Assembly (NCBI GenBank): GCA_030390025.1
Contig: JASTWF010000332.1
Span: 248,001-312,000 of the forward strand
Direction of reading: 5' to 3'
Origin: Squalus acanthias
Taxonomy: Eukaryota
DNA length: 64,000 nt
Each line of letters starts with the position of its first letter. The stretch's first letter is position 1. Under the pieces are notes generated by a model. The model made no database searches and was not told where the DNA came from. It worked only from the letters and a program-made list of their open reading frames with translations. A program made the position numbers and the translations under genes. Below, piece after piece: positions 12,283-23,833 of this stretch.

Positions 12283-12829
12283 GCAGAGCATATAGTGTTG
12301 GGAATGACCTGTAAAGTGCTTAGGTGGACAACAGGAGATGGTTCAATGGGAGAAGTGATATGAGCTTGGGACAATAGGAGACACAATGAGAGCACAGCGG
12401 GAGTGTTTCCAGTGGTTTCCGTTCTTGTTTGAAAGTGGCAATAGTTGAGTCTTGCCATGCCCAGTGTGTGATATCCAATGAATTGCTCAGTGCCTGCTGC
12501 CATGGGCTGGAATTGCTGGTCACATCACCACAGGTGCAGACTCACTCAGGTGAAGCAGACAAAGTGGTAGCCATAGCAACGGTCAGGGCACTCCAATCAA
12601 GATGGCAGTCAAAAGTGGGAGTTTGTGGATAAATATGGAAAGTCCAGCACCGAATGGAGCACAACTGAGTGGCGGCTCAAAGGACGTTTTTCATGGATTT
12701 CTGCTAGAACTTCAGTGATCTTTGGGTGCATGATCCTGGAAATTAACTGAATCATGTTATGCGCATATTTTAGGTTGTTAACCTACAAAACTGCACGCAT
12801 ATAGATGGCACAACTTAAATCTCCAAAAT

Positions 12830-12875
12830 ACCACACATTAAGACTGGCAAACACCACACATTAAGACTGGCAAAC
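12830..12875 (+). repeat. 23-bp tandem duplication
   Basis: ACCACACATTAAGACTGGCAAAC x2. Confidence 0.9.
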
Positions 12876-13610
12876 TAAACACTTACAGAATGGTCTGATT
12901 ATGGTTTCTGCGTGGAATGTGCTTTAATAGCTACCAATTCTATTATTAACCTACCACAGAGATTACCTTTACATGAGTATTTACCAAAGACACTCATTGC
13001 CCTACGTTCAATAATAGTGCAGAGTCACATTAACAGCCTGTTTAATGGCACTAAATTTGTGCTAAGTGCTGAAAGGTGTTGGAGCTAATTCTGAAAAGTG
13101 GTGCAGCTAATTAGCTGTTGGGTAACACAATGCAGCAGTAAATAACGGCTGCAGATAGTGATACCACAAGTCCCGGCCAGAATGGAGATGATTGGGTAAT
13201 TCCGCTGTCAATCACTGCTGGAGACTGCACTGCTGTAAGTGACTGGGATCGATTTTACGCACAAAATTTGTATTGCGTAACTATCCTCCACTCACTGCAT
13301 TTTGTTGGGGAAATCACCGTGCTTTTACTGGGGATGTTGCTGTAGTTTCAGTCATGCATGAGTTCTAATTGCTGCAGTTCATAGAGGCTCTTTTTAAATA
13401 GACTCTGTTTGCTGCAAGTCCTGCCATAAGTCCCGCCCACCTCTAACTCATTGGCTGACACAGTGGTGTCAATTAGATACTCGGGTAAATAACCAGTTTG
13501 ACAGTGGCGAGTTAAAGTAGCAGCAATTGGTCCCTACAAAATTACAAAAATGTAACACACCACCAGAAGTGCGATCTCTTCAGTGCAAAGCTGCTGGACA
13601 GAAATGTCAT

Positions 13611-14445
13611 GGCCCGGATTTTGTGGTAAAAATAAAAAGGTGAGACTATCAGCACTCACCCTTATTAAAGAGTAAATCGGACAGCAACTTCCGGCAACCG
13701 CACACATGCGCAGTTAAACGCGGAAATCAGGAAGTTGCCGTCCGAGTTGCCCTGCTCTCCAGCAGCTCTGCTATACCAGTATCTCACCGAGAGACTCGGC
13801 ATTGAAACACATGGGACGTTTGAAGTTCCTGTAATTACCTACTAAACACGCCAGAAAAAGTAACGGCTTGTCCATTCTAGTGTAAGTGAATTTTTAACGG
13901 TGTGATAAATCTAAATTACTGCAAAACAGCCTCTCTGACACTGAAAATTTACTTTTACAAGCATGGAGTCTCATTCCATCAGATTTTAATTATTGCTGGA
14001 GATTTAATTTTTATTTACATTTTATTATTTTTACTGTCTTTGTCTCTTATCTCTCTCTTAATCCCATCTTTCTTTCCCTCTATTTTGCTTTCTGTACACG
14101 ATTTGGCATTGAATTCAATATTCTAACTGATGAAAGGTCATCAACCTGAAACGTTAACTCGGTTTCTCTCTCCACAGATGTTGCCCGACTTGCTGAGTAT
14201 TCCCAGCATTTTCTGTTTTTATTTCTAACTTACACTTCCTGGTTCAGACTCCACATGCCTCAGTGAGGATACTTCAATCTTATTAATGAAGGTTGCTTGC
14301 CTTGTTCACACAGGTCCCAGATGCCGCACTGAAATGCATTTCTAAATCGCCACAAGTTCCAAAGCCCATGGAGAGTCTGTGGCCAAGTGTGGGTGTAATG
14401 AACGGCCGGCGCCGTTGGTTCACCGCTGACCACAAAACCCAGGCC
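13611..14445. mobile_element. MITE (PIF/Harbinger-superfamily-like), copy 1
   Basis: 17-bp TIRs GGCCCGGATTTTGTGGT vs reverse complement GGCCTGGGTTTTGTGGT; AT on both flanks; interior homologous to 23834-24573. Confidence 0.8.
14127..14225 (+). mobile_element. Penelope-like terminal-repeat fragment with a minimal hammerhead ribozyme core
   Basis: CTGATGA-A-AGGT(CATCA)ACCT-GAAAC-GTT-AACTC followed by TCTCTCCACAGATG...CAGCATTTTCTGTTTTTATTTC; TTCTAACT repeated at both junctions. Confidence 0.7.
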
Positions 14446-14589
14446 ATTGTCAGAACAGAAATACTTTCAGGAGAAGCTGCATACAGCCGCTGTTAAACCA
14501 ATGGAAACAGGAAGGAAAATAATCCAAATAGGAGCATACAAATAGCAAAATAAATTGCACTGTACAAAATGTGCAGTGATTACTTGAAA

Positions 14590-14840
14590 TCAATATATGG
14601 AGCGTATGAACAATGAGGGATAGGAAAATGCCCTCTGGTCCATCCAGCCTGTCACACACCTGCAGTGCCTTGTGCACCACAATATAGACACTCCCCCACC
14701 CACCCAGAAGCCATGTGATCTCCTAGAGAGGCGAAAACCCAGATAAAACCCCAGGACAATTAGGGAAAACATAAATGTGGAAAATTCCTCTGACCCCCCT
14801 TAGGTGATCAAAACTAGTCCAGATCATCACTCTTGCCCGG
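14590..14840 (-). mobile_element. CR1-type 3' UTR fragment
   Basis: GGAAAATTCCTCTGACCCC...GTGATC and CTGGTCCATCCAGCC motifs resemble CR1 3' UTRs (recall). Confidence 0.5.
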
Positions 14841-15132
14841 TTTAATGTTATACTTATTGTACTAGAATCAGTGTTATTTTCACATTTCTCTCCCCTCCCC
14901 CAAATAACACGGATAATTTGCATCAGTGGAGAGGACACAGGAGACGTGGAATTATAGATTAGTCGGCTTCCGGAAAGGCAAAGATGGGTCTCCAGTGGAA
15001 CCCTACATTACAACTGAAGAGAAAAAAAAAAGAATCAGGCAATTCAACCTGTATTTACAGTTAACATCTGCAGAGTGGTCAACCTCTCTCCTGCAGCCAG
15101 TTTTAACAGTCCCGAATTACTTACCATTCAAG

Positions 15133-16590
15133 TCATAGGATCATAGAATGATGCAGCACAGAAGGAGGCCATTCAGCCCATTGTGCCGGCTCTTTGAAAG
15201 AGCTATCCAATTAGTCCCACTCCCCTGCTCATTCCTCATAGCCCTGTAATATTTTTCCCTTCAAGTATTTAATCGATTTCTCTTTTGAAAGTTACTATTG
15301 AATCTTTTTCTACCATCCTATCAGGCAGTGCTTCCAGATCACAACAACTCGCTGTGTAAAAAAAAAAGTTTCCTCATGTCGCCTCTGGTTCTTTTGCCAA
15401 TCACCTTCAATCTGTGTCCTCTGGTTACTGACCCTCCTGCCATTGGAAACAGTTTCTCCTTATTTACTCTATCAAAACCATTCATAATTTTGAACACTTC
15501 TATCAAATCTCTTAACCTTCTACGCTCCAAGGAGAACAAACCCAGTTTCTCCGGTCTCCCCACATAACTAAAGTCCTTCATCCTGGTATTATTCTAGTAA
15601 ATCTCTTCTGCACCCTCTCTAAGGCCTCGGCATCCTTCCCAAAGTGTGGTGCCCAGAATTGAATACTCCAGATGAGGCCTAACCAGTGTTTTATAAAGGT
15701 TTAGCATAATTTCCTTTCTTTTTTACTCTCTTCCTCTATTAATAAAGCCAAGGATCGCATATGCATTTTCAACAGCCTTCTCAACTTGTCCTGTCACCTT
15801 GAAAGATTTGTGTATATACACCCCCAGGTCTCACTGTTCCTGCACCCCCTTTAAAATTGTACCATTTAGTTTATACTGCCTCGCCTCATTCTTCCTATCA
15901 AAATGCATCACTTCACACTTCTCCGCGTTAAATTTCATCTGCCATGTGGCTGTCCATTTCACCAGTCTGTCTATGTCCTCCTGAAGCCTGTTTCTATCCT
16001 CCTCATCGTTTACTAGATTTCCAAGTTTTGTGTCATCTGCAAATTTTGAAATTATGCCCTGTATACCCAAGTCCAAGTCATTAATATACATCAAAAGGAG
16101 CAGTGGTCCTAATACCTAACCCTGGGGAACACCACTGTATACTTCCCTCCAGTCTGAAAAAGAACCGTTCACCACTACGCTCAGCTTTCTGTCACTTAGC
16201 CAATTTTGTATCCATGCTGCCACTGTCCCTTTAATCCAATGGGTTTTAATTTTGCAAGCAAGTCTATTATGTGGCACTTTGTCAAACGTCTTTTTAAAGT
16301 CCATTTACACATTAACCGTACTACCCTCATTAAACCTCTCCGTTACTTGAAAGAACTCTATCAAGTTAGTCAAACACGATTTGCCTTTTAACAAATCCGT
16401 GCTGATTTTCATTTATTAACCCATATTTTTCCAGATGCCAATTAATTTTGCCTCTGTTTATTGTCTCAAAGTTTCCTCACCGACGTTAAGCTGACTGGAT
16501 TGTAGTTACCAAGTTTATCCCTCTCCCTTTTTTTTTTAAACAGGGGTGTAGCATTTGCAATCCTCCAGTCCTCTGGCACCACCCACATAT
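15133..16590 (-). mobile_element. CR1 LINE, 5'-truncated (RT domain + 3' end)
   Basis: VPEDWRIANATPLFKK, DFKKTFDKVPHNRL, SKFADDTKLG, RLRDLIEVFKIM. Confidence 0.95.
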
Positions 16591-16594
16591 CCAA

Positions 16595-17310
16595 GGATTC
16601 CAACCACCCTCTGGGTGAAAAGTTTTTCCTCAAATTCCCTCTCAACCTCCTGCCCCTTACCTTGAAACTATGCCCCCTGGTTATTGACCCCTCTACTAAG
16701 GGGAAAAGTGCCTTTCTATCTACCCTATCTATGCCCCTCATAATTTTGTACACCTCAATCAGGTCCCCCCTCAGCCTTCTCTGCTCAAGGAAAACAACCC
16801 CAGCCTGTCCAGTCTCTCTTCATAGCTGAAGCGCTCCAGCCCAGGTAACATCTTGGTGAATCTCCTCTGCACCCTCTCCAATGCAATCACATCCTTCCTA
16901 TAGTGTGGCGACCAGAACTGTACACAGTATTCCAGCTGTGGCCTAACTAGCATTTTGTACAGCTCCATCATAACCTCCCTGCTCTTATATTCTATGCCTC
17001 GGCTAATGAAGGCAAGTATCCCATATGCCTTTTTAACCACCTTATCTACCTGTCCTGCTGCCTTCAGGGATCTATGTACATGCACACCAAGGTCCCTCTG
17101 ATCCTCTGTCCTTCCTAGGGTCCTACCATTCATTGTGTATTCCCTTGCCTTGTTAGTCCTCTCAAAATGCATCACCTCACACTTTTCAGGGTTAAATTCC
17201 ATTTGCCACTGTTCTGCCCATCTGACCAACCCGTCTATATTGTCCTGTAGCCTGAGGCTTCCCTCCTCGCTATTTACCACCCCACCAATTTTCGTGTCAT
17301 CTGCGAACTT
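16595..17310 (-). mobile_element. Second CR1 fragment (different copy) lacking its 3' end
   Basis: 169-aa ORF 16771-17280 (WQMEFNPEKCEVMHF...LVRPQLEYCVQFWSP) repeats a segment already present in the adjacent copy. Confidence 0.95.
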
Positions 17311-17311
17311 A

Positions 17312-17436
17312 CCTGCAGATGCTGGAAACCGGAAACAAAAACACAGAGAATGCTAGAAACACTCAGAAGATCAGGCAGCGTCTGTGGAGAGAGCAGCCAA
17401 ATTGATGTTTCAAGTGTAGATCTTTCAACAGAACCC
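17312..17436 (-). mobile_element. Penelope-like terminal-repeat fragment with a degenerate hammerhead core
   Basis: Reverse complement GTT-CTGTTGA-AAGATCTACACTT-GAAAC-ATC-AAT...CCACAGACGCTGCCTGATC; homologous to 14127-14225. Confidence 0.65.
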
Positions 17437-18460
17437 TGATGGATTGGCCCACACCTGAAGCTGCAACTTGAGTCCTCTCACCAAATGAATATGTTTGGGT
17501 GTAATTATGGCTACACTGAATGGTTTTATAACAGTAGAAATAACGCTTCCACTGTTGAATGTAATGAGTAGCTGTGCCTTCTACATCACCACCAGTTTGG
17601 GGAGACCATAACCCTTCAACAGCAGCACACGATATTCGAGTAATACCCACTCCCTCGCTGGCTGGGAGCCTCATGGCAGCGGCTGCACAAGCATTTCAAG
17701 TATTCGTCAGCTTCGCTTAGTGCGTTCATACTTAGCAACAGGCGCTTGACGAGTCACCGAAGAGTCCTGCTATCCTTGAGCTTTTTCATTACAGTGTACA
17801 GCACAGCGCAGACACCCGTGTATTACAGGCCACTGTGTCAGGCCCATGGGAAGATATAATTGACTACTGCACTTGAAAACATCCACCAACCCCAGCAAAT
17901 TGGCACAGTGCTCTACTGACACCACGGCAATGAGCCTGGGGAAAGGCCTTTCACTTACCAATAAACACCAGTACTTTTAATAAAGATCTCTAGCCTTACC
18001 CCATTCTTAAAAAATATAATACTCTTCGTGCAAAGTGCTTTTTGTGCCAAGTGCAAACATGAAATGCTGCAGTCAAAACCACTCGCACAATTTACAATCC
18101 TTCGAACCCATTGACCATAAATGTAGCCACTCTTAGGTCCCAGAAGGGGTTACATGCGCTAAATTATGCAAGTGAATTACTGTAGCGATTAAATGGCTTT
18201 TAAACAATTCAACAGTAAATAAATGGGATTTATTTTCCCCTCATTGGGAAATTGCAATTCCGCCAGTGACAATGATCAAACTTGATTTCTAAAATAAAAA
18301 AAAACATCAGATAAAAAGCAAACTGTATTGCCAAAATTGATTAAATGGTCTGAAGAAAAAAAAGCTGTGTAGGAATTCTAGTATCATCCTTCCTGACTAA
18401 TATAAAATTAACTTTCAAAGCAAAAGTGAGGAGAAAGGTGTTTTAATATGATTAGTCTTT

Positions 18461-19246
18461 TAGGAACATAGAACCAGGCCATTCAGCTCCTCGGGCCTGT
18501 TCCACCATTTAATTAGATCATGGCTGATCTGTACCTCAATGCCATTTACCCGCCTTTGCTCAATATCCCTCGATACCCTTACCTAATAAAAATCTGTCGC
18601 TCTCAGTCTTAAATTACAATTGACCCAGAATTCAGTCTTTTGAGGGAGAGTTCTTCATATCTCCATTACACTTTGTGTGAAAAAGTGCTGCCTGATTTCA
18701 CTCCTGAATGGCCTAGCTCTAATTTTAAGATTGCGCCCTTTGTTCTGGATTCCCCCACCAGAGGAAATAGTTTATTTGTATCTACTCTTATCAAATCCTT
18801 TTATCATTTTAAACACCTCAATCAGATCACCCAACAACCTTCTAAGCTCAAGGTTTATGCAACCTCACCTCATAATTTAACCCTGTAAACCCCAGTATTA
18901 CTTTGGTAAATCTGTGCTGTACCTCCTCTCGGGCCAAGAGAGGAACAAAGGAACAGGAGTAGACCATTCAGCCCCTCGAACTTGCTCCGCCAATCAATTA
19001 GATCATGGTTTATCTGTATCTCAACTCCATCTACCCACCTTGGTTCCGTAACCCTTAACACCCTTGCCTAGCAAAAATCTATCAATCTCAGTTTTGAATT
19101 TTTTTAATTGACCAAAAGCATCAACAGCTTTTTTTGGGGGTGGAAGAGTTCCAGATTTCTACTACCCTTTGTGTGAAGAAGTACTTCCTGGCTTCACCCC
19201 TGAACGACCTAGCTCTAATTTTAAGGTTATGCCCCCTTGTCCTGGG
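18461..19246 (-). mobile_element. Two head-to-tail CR1 3'-end fragments (18461-18938 and 18939-19246)
   Basis: Each starts on the + strand with GGAAC...CCATTCAGC...AATTAGATCATGG; same subfamily as the 5070-6146 tail. Confidence 0.85.
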
Positions 19247-19344
19247 CTGTCAGAAGCAATGTTATACAACAGAATATTTTTAAATGCAGCGATTCACCAA
19301 GGCACAAGAGGTTACGATAGCAAAATAGTATTGCAGCAAAATAC

Positions 19345-21060
19345 GGGCAGCGATTTCGCCTAACTCAGCGGGTCCAGTGTGGCCAGGGTTGGTGTGCAAC
19401 CTCGCTGCTGGCTCCAGCCCACTGTCCAAAGTGATCTTATGCTGATTGGGCTTGTTAAGCCCGCCCAGCGCGTTTCCCCGGCCAATTGAAGGAAGCGGGT
19501 CTGATGACGTCATGATGATGAGTCAGCAGTTGGTTTCCTTAAAGGGACCGTACGCAAATTGATTTGACATTTGTGCGGTCAGTGTTCTACAGCATTGAGG
19601 TGCTGCAAACACCAACAAACAACTGCACAGAGGTGCACGGCTGCACCCAAGCTTTCCCATGACTCCCTCCATATGCACGCAAGGAAGTCCTCTTCCCTTC
19701 CCATGGGCGGAAGAGACCTCCCCAGGAGATCAACGCAGTCTGGTTGCACATTGCACAGGAGGGCAGAAGCATGGATGTCGTCAGGAGGACCAGGCTGCAG
19801 TGGCGCAAACCTTTCAATGATCTCAGTAGGTCATGAAATGTTACTACAAAGCCACACTGAACCTCATCCTGCTGTGCCACTCATCACATCCCCATCACTC
19901 TGCCTTGCCTACCCTACTCCTGCACATCCTTACTCACACCAACTTACCTTGCACCTCCACCCATCCCTCTCTATCTACATTATCACTTCCCCATCTCACT
20001 AGCCACCCCTCACACTCACCCTCATCCTACTCCAATCATACCAAGTAACAACACACAAGGGTAGGCACGTGGGAGTATTAGCCAATGTTCATGTGAAGTT
20101 TCTGTTAATGTGCCGTCAAATATTGAAATCTTTATTTTCAACACTTAGCGTTCTTGGACAGGTTTCTGTGCACCTTTGGAAGTGGCTTAGTGAGTTGCAG
20201 TGTATGGTGAGACATAACAGTAACCCCCCGCCCGCCCCGCAATGATGATGAGTGTGAAAGGAATGGCTTGGGCATTATAGGGATGCTTTATGGTGATGGT
20301 GTGGGGTGGTGCTAACCTAGCGCATCATGTGGCAGTCAGGGTGTACAGCGTCAAGTGAAGTAAATCAGGCCATGGTGAGGCAATCTCTGGCGTCCCGGGT
20401 AGCAATGTGGTCGGGTGCTGATGCCCTCTGTCCTGTACAGCATCAGTTGATTGCGGAGAAGGTTGGTGGTGTTGTTGGTGCTGCTGGTGATGGGGCTGAT
20501 CGTGGTGGGATTCTGAGGACCAAGGCGAGATAGTTTCAAGGGCACCGATGCTGATGGCAGGTGAAGTCGAGATGACAGAAGCGATCAGTCAATGGAGAGA
20601 GAGGTTGTTCCAATGAGGGGACACTGGATACAGAATTTACTCCAAACACTTGCAAGCTGCATAAAGTTCAATCTGTCTTCCAAATGCAGTAAGCAACAGC
20701 TTCTAACCGTAGAAAGTGAACAGCTGTGAAATGGAAGCTTTTATAGAACATTTGCAGCTGTCAAGTTAAGAAATCATCCCATGCTGACATAACTCCTGAC
20801 CTGCTTACTGGACGTGATCCCTGAGCAGCGGAGAAGCAGTGGGCGAACTCTTAAAATAGGTTTGAAGTGCCTGTTAACAAACTCTTAATCTAATCCTCCC
20901 CTGCCACTTGGTGTCAGGTCTGTTCAACGATGACAGACCAGACATCTGGGAAACTAGCGCGGAGGCAGGTTGACAGCGAATTCCTTACCCGGTCAAAAAA
21001 AAAATTCCCGCCCGTCCCGCCACCGATCGCGCCCACTGACCGCCCCGAAAAATTCCCCCC
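19345..21060. mobile_element. Degenerate PIF/Harbinger DNA transposon, internally deleted (boundaries approximate)
   Basis: Contains a Myb/SANT-like coding relic; right end GAAAAATTCCCCCC; GC-rich subterminal regions. Confidence 0.65.
19635..19836 (+). pseudogene. Harbinger-type Myb/SANT-like DNA-binding protein relic (frameshifted)
   Basis: Hand translation AAPKLSHDSL / RKEVLFPSHGRKRPPQEINAVWLHIAQEGRSMDVVRRTRLQWRKPFNDLSRS*, fitting the Myb_DNA-bind_5 pattern (LF...W..IA...RT..Q.RK.FNDL). Confidence 0.75.
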
Positions 21061-21271
21061 ATGGTGTCTGGAACCTTGTCACAAAGGAAGTGCGAATCAT
21101 CCTATGTAAAACGGAGTTACAACTGAACCTATATTTGGGCAAGTCACCTGGACTGAGCCCGCATTCGCCCCTTATGTTCTGGCGCACGCACACACACACA
21201 CACACACACAGTGTCAAACCACGCTCCCTACAACCAAATCCGGTAGCCATACCTCAACTCCTCTAAACATT

Positions 21272-21657
21272 CAACAACAACTTGCATTTATATAGCGCCT
21301 TTAACATAGCAAAACATCCCAAGGTGCTTCATTAGGAGCGTTATCAAGCAAAATTTGACTGAGATACACAAGGAGATCTTAAGACAGGTGACCAAAAGCT
21401 TGGTCAAAGAGGTAGGTTTTAAAGAGTGACTTAAAAGGAGGAGAGAGACGTAGAGAGGTGGAGAGGTTTAGGGAGGGAATTCCACAGCTTAGGGCCTAGA
21501 CAGCTGAAGGCATGGCCACCAATGGTGGCGCGATTAAAATCGGCCAGTATTGGAGGAAGGCAGGTATCTCGGAGGGCTGTGGGGCTGGAGGAGGTTATAG
21601 GGAGGGGAGAGGCCACGGAGGGATATGAAAACAAGGATAAAAATTTTAATATTGAGC
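21272..21657 (-). mobile_element. L2 LINE 3' fragment
   Basis: ATIGGHAFSCLGPKLWNSLPKPL; tail AAAGGCGCTATATAAATGCAAGTTGTTGTTG. Confidence 0.9.
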
Positions 21658-22486
21658 CGTTTAAGTTGGCTCATGTCAAGTATTTATTGCCTCAAGGTAT
21701 TAAATTCAGATATTACAATTAAATATTAAAAATTCCTACATATATCTGCAAAATTTCTATGAAAAGCTTTCGTGGGCCTTGTGTAATCTCAGCAAGAAGT
21801 TTTAAGTCAATCTAAGACATTCTAATAATAAAAGGACTTCCTCAAGGTGCACTTCCAGCATTAGAGACTGGGGAGGGGTTAAAACAGGTTGTGTCCTGGA
21901 AATACTGGGTCTCTGCCTCCAAGAGCAACAGAGGGGAATTCTCACTGGGGACTGAGGTGGGCAAAAGTTACATCTGCCCATAAACGACCTAACACTAGGA
22001 CAAAGGTCGTTGGATTTCCTATGGCTCCCATCTCCTGCATACCCAGCAGCCTGGATGTCAGAAAGATACCAGTGTCCAGGTAACACAGGAACACAAATGG
22101 GACCTATAGATAGAAGTTTATCAAATGGTTGAAAATCAGTCAGTCAGTCACATCAGCATGACCCCCCCTCTTTAAATGCACCCTCCCCACCCCCCAAACA
22201 GCAGCTATGCGTTGCCGCATTTTTCTGGCCCCACATTTGACTGGCACAGGGACCCAGCGGTTTTATTAAAATTAGCTGACCCCACCCTGATCCCAGGCAG
22301 TCCTGCAGAGTCAACGGAGACCAGTGGCACACTGGAATTCCTGCTCTGCCGTACTTCAGGTGATCGATGAATTTCAGCCTCGAAGAATTTTACGGCCTTT
22401 GCAGTAATTTACCCTTTTTTTACTATATGATGACTGAGGGACTGCAATAGACAAAGACAGAACCATGGCTGCCGTGCCTTGCGTAA

Positions 22487-22578
22487 TATAAGAACACAAG
22501 AAACAGGAGCAGGAGTAGGCCAATCGGCCTCTCGAGCCTGCTCCGCCATTCAATAAGATCATGGCTGATCCAATCTTG
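22487..22578 (-). mobile_element. CR1-type 3' tail
   Basis: GGAGCAGGAGTAGGCC...CCTGCTCCGCCATTCAATAAGATCATGGCTGATC. Confidence 0.8.
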
Positions 22579-23428
22579 GCATAGAGTCCAAGTGACAGCA
22601 GCAGAAGGCACTCAAGGCTATCTCTTTGCCATTCGAGATCTTTCTGCTGGGTGAGACAGAGACATCCTACCATGACATGGGATGTCAAACTCAGTTCTTT
22701 ACCTGCATACTTCCTGCAGCCTTCCACAGATGTTAAAGCTCATCACAGACAGCTTCTCCCATGAAGCGTAGCATCTTGATGGAGAGACATCGTTTTATTT
22801 ATTTATTTTTTTAAAAAGGAGGCTTGGAGGGAAAACAAGCAGTCAAATTATTTTATAGTTTAGAAACATCTGCCCAAAGTTATTAACTTACACACTGTGG
22901 AGAAGTGGGGTGGCAAAATTTAGCCGGGTTAGTAAATGGAAAAAGAAAAAAAGACTCAATAAATGCAGCAACCAGGCAGTGTAAACAATGCAGCAGCACG
23001 GTGACTGGAAGTGGAATGCGGCATGAAGAGAGATGATAGTACCCTTCCGCCAGCAGCAAAACAAACACTGAAGGGCGTTCCTTCACAGGCAGCCATTTGT
23101 TGGGCTCCCAGCAGGCTGTGCGGCTGAAGCACTTCCTCCAGGCCTGTGAAGCCCACTTTTGGGGTAGCTGCCTGCACACAGTGCACCCAGCCATCTGGGG
23201 AAGTGAAGCCAGCAACTAAATAGTCAAACGTACAGCGACTTGAAAACAAGCTTGTGCATGTGGAAACCGCTCGGCAACATTAACAAGGTGACACCCACAA
23301 CACTGGGGTGTCTGGAGAGTCACCTCAGGAAGTCACCTGCTGAACCTGTCGATTGAGCTCTTGGGGGGAAAGAAAAAATAATGAAGGCAATCTTGAACGT
23401 GTGCAAGATTCGTCCGGTAGAAGCAAGT

Positions 23429-23742
23429 ATCACAGAATCCCCACAGTGCAGATAGAGGCCATTTCAGCCCATCGAGCCTGCACCGACACATTTCCCACCC
23501 TATCCCCGTAACCCCACGTATTTAATCCCCCCCTAACACTAAGGGTCAATTTATCATAGCCAAATCAACCTAACCCGCACATCTTTGGACTGTGGGAGGA
23601 AACCGGAGCACCCGGAGGAAACCCACGCAGACACGGGGAGAATGTGCAAACTCCACACAGACAGTCACCCGAGGCCGGATTCGAACCCGAGTCCCTGGCG
23701 CTGTGAGGCAACAGTGCTAACCACTATGCCACCGTGTTGCCC
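23429..23742 (-). mobile_element. V-SINE (HE1-like), tail type B
   Basis: Same head and V-domain as 10495-10928; tail GGCCTCTATCTGCACTGTGGGGATTCTGTGAT. Confidence 0.9.
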
Positions 23743-23833
23743 ACTGGGAAGTACTGGGGAGAATGCTGCTGGATGTCTGGTAGCTGCCGTCCTCACAAAA
23801 ACCCAGTACAAGGAGCAAGGACACTCGGGTAAT

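Noticed and set aside
22956..23380. Possible minus-strand exon after the acceptor-like TTTTTTCTTTCCCCCCAAG
   Set aside because: All three frames stop within about 13 codons of the acceptor, and the nearby ORFs resemble no known protein.
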